Positions 63,232-64,000 of a stretch of 64,000 nt of DNA are shown piece after piece. Each line of letters starts with the position of its first letter. Position 1 is the first letter of the stretch. Under the pieces are notes generated by a model that was given only the letters and a program-made list of their open reading frames with translations, was not told where the DNA came from and made no database searches. Position numbers and translations under genes: made by a program. The DNA comes from Octopus sinensis (lineage: Eukaryota). The stretch is from the NCBI RefSeq assembly GCF_006345805.1, contig NC_043017.1, positions 33,728,001-33,792,000 on the forward strand. The letters run 5' to 3'.

Positions 63232-63985
63232 CCCAGAAGGCAACTAAGAGATGCAATGGTAAGTACTCGCACACCAGAGCAGACACCGCGGAAACATAAA
63301 TCACACTGACAATAAAAACCCGGACAATACCTGTAATTAACAAGACCAATAATAATTCTAGGATCACATTGGGGTACATTGCTGAATTGGCGAAACATGC
63401 TTTCCAACATTCCTAGATTGTTCTATGCAGTGATAGACTTTGCTAAAACTAGCAGGTGTCATAAAATATTTAATAGACACAAGGTACGACTTGCCTTCTG
63501 CAATAGCAGCAGCCGAGCATAAATAATTGCAGCACATAATGAAAGTAAACTATACAACTTGCAAGGAGAACCTGGTAATCCGAATCTGAATCATTAGGAA
63601 GAAATAAGCAACAGCGGAAGGGACATAGATGCTGATACCACAGAAGCACGCACTGGAGGAATGGGGAATGGTAAGAGAAGAAGCAACAGTGAAAGGGAAA
63701 TAAGCCTAACGAAGCGTATAAGTAGGACGAACCGTTAGATGGAGGCAACGCCAAAACTAACATTCATAGAAAATTCAGAAATGATATCGGAACGGGAGAG
63801 GAGAGGGTAGGAGAGTCTTCTAGTGAAGTCAATAATACGATAAATAATAGAAATAAGCGGGCAGGACATACAACCGTGCTAGAGATAAAATATAGCCGTT
63901 GGACGCAAGATGTCAAACTAAAAACCTGGTCTATTGATGCAAAGTTACCTCGGAGGGAAGAGAATACGCTTATCTAGTGGCCATT
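62490..63985 (+). mobile_element. PLE remnant: RT palm end, thumb, linker and start of GIY-YIG (Neptune/Naiad-like)
   Basis: NRDN (decayed YRDD), VKFLDVTLNLSTGIYKP...YIHKNSNHP...ALEKAGY (open to 62930), KIFNRHKV...IIAAHN, RCQTKNLVY.CKVT. Confidence 0.85.
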
Positions 63986-64000
63986 TCTCTCTCTATCTCT

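Noticed and set aside
39-63410. Many ORF-track entries rich in IY, YI, VC, HT or ER repeats
   Set aside because: They are translations of (TA)n, (TG)n, (TATG)n and (GA)n microsatellites or of SINE copies, not proteins.

Overview
AT-rich, repeat-dense eukaryotic DNA. The SINE, Penelope and microsatellite content suggests an octopus/cephalopod genome (inference). I found no convincing host gene, rRNA, true tRNA or CRISPR array, and most ORF-track entries are translations of (TA)n, (TG)n or (TATG)n microsatellites and SINEs. The window holds at least four tRNA-related SINE families, three decayed Tc1/mariner elements, several MITEs, a Helitron-type element, and remnants of RTE, R4/Dong-like, CRE-like and Penelope-like (PLE) retrotransposons. 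The main signal is a set of non-coding, (TA)n-embedded, PLE-type units carrying type I hammerhead ribozyme (HHR) motifs. Two loci (16703-17983 and 49375-50213) are tandem arrays of a ~471/486-nt structured unit with one HHR per unit and stem covariation between the loci, which is retrozyme-like. Nine loci share one layout: (TA)n, short inverted arm, fold point (often at or near the HHR), long arm, ~70-130 nt tail, (TA)n. Main caveat: fold-backs next to (TA)n can also be long-read or amplification artefacts and need raw-read confirmation.
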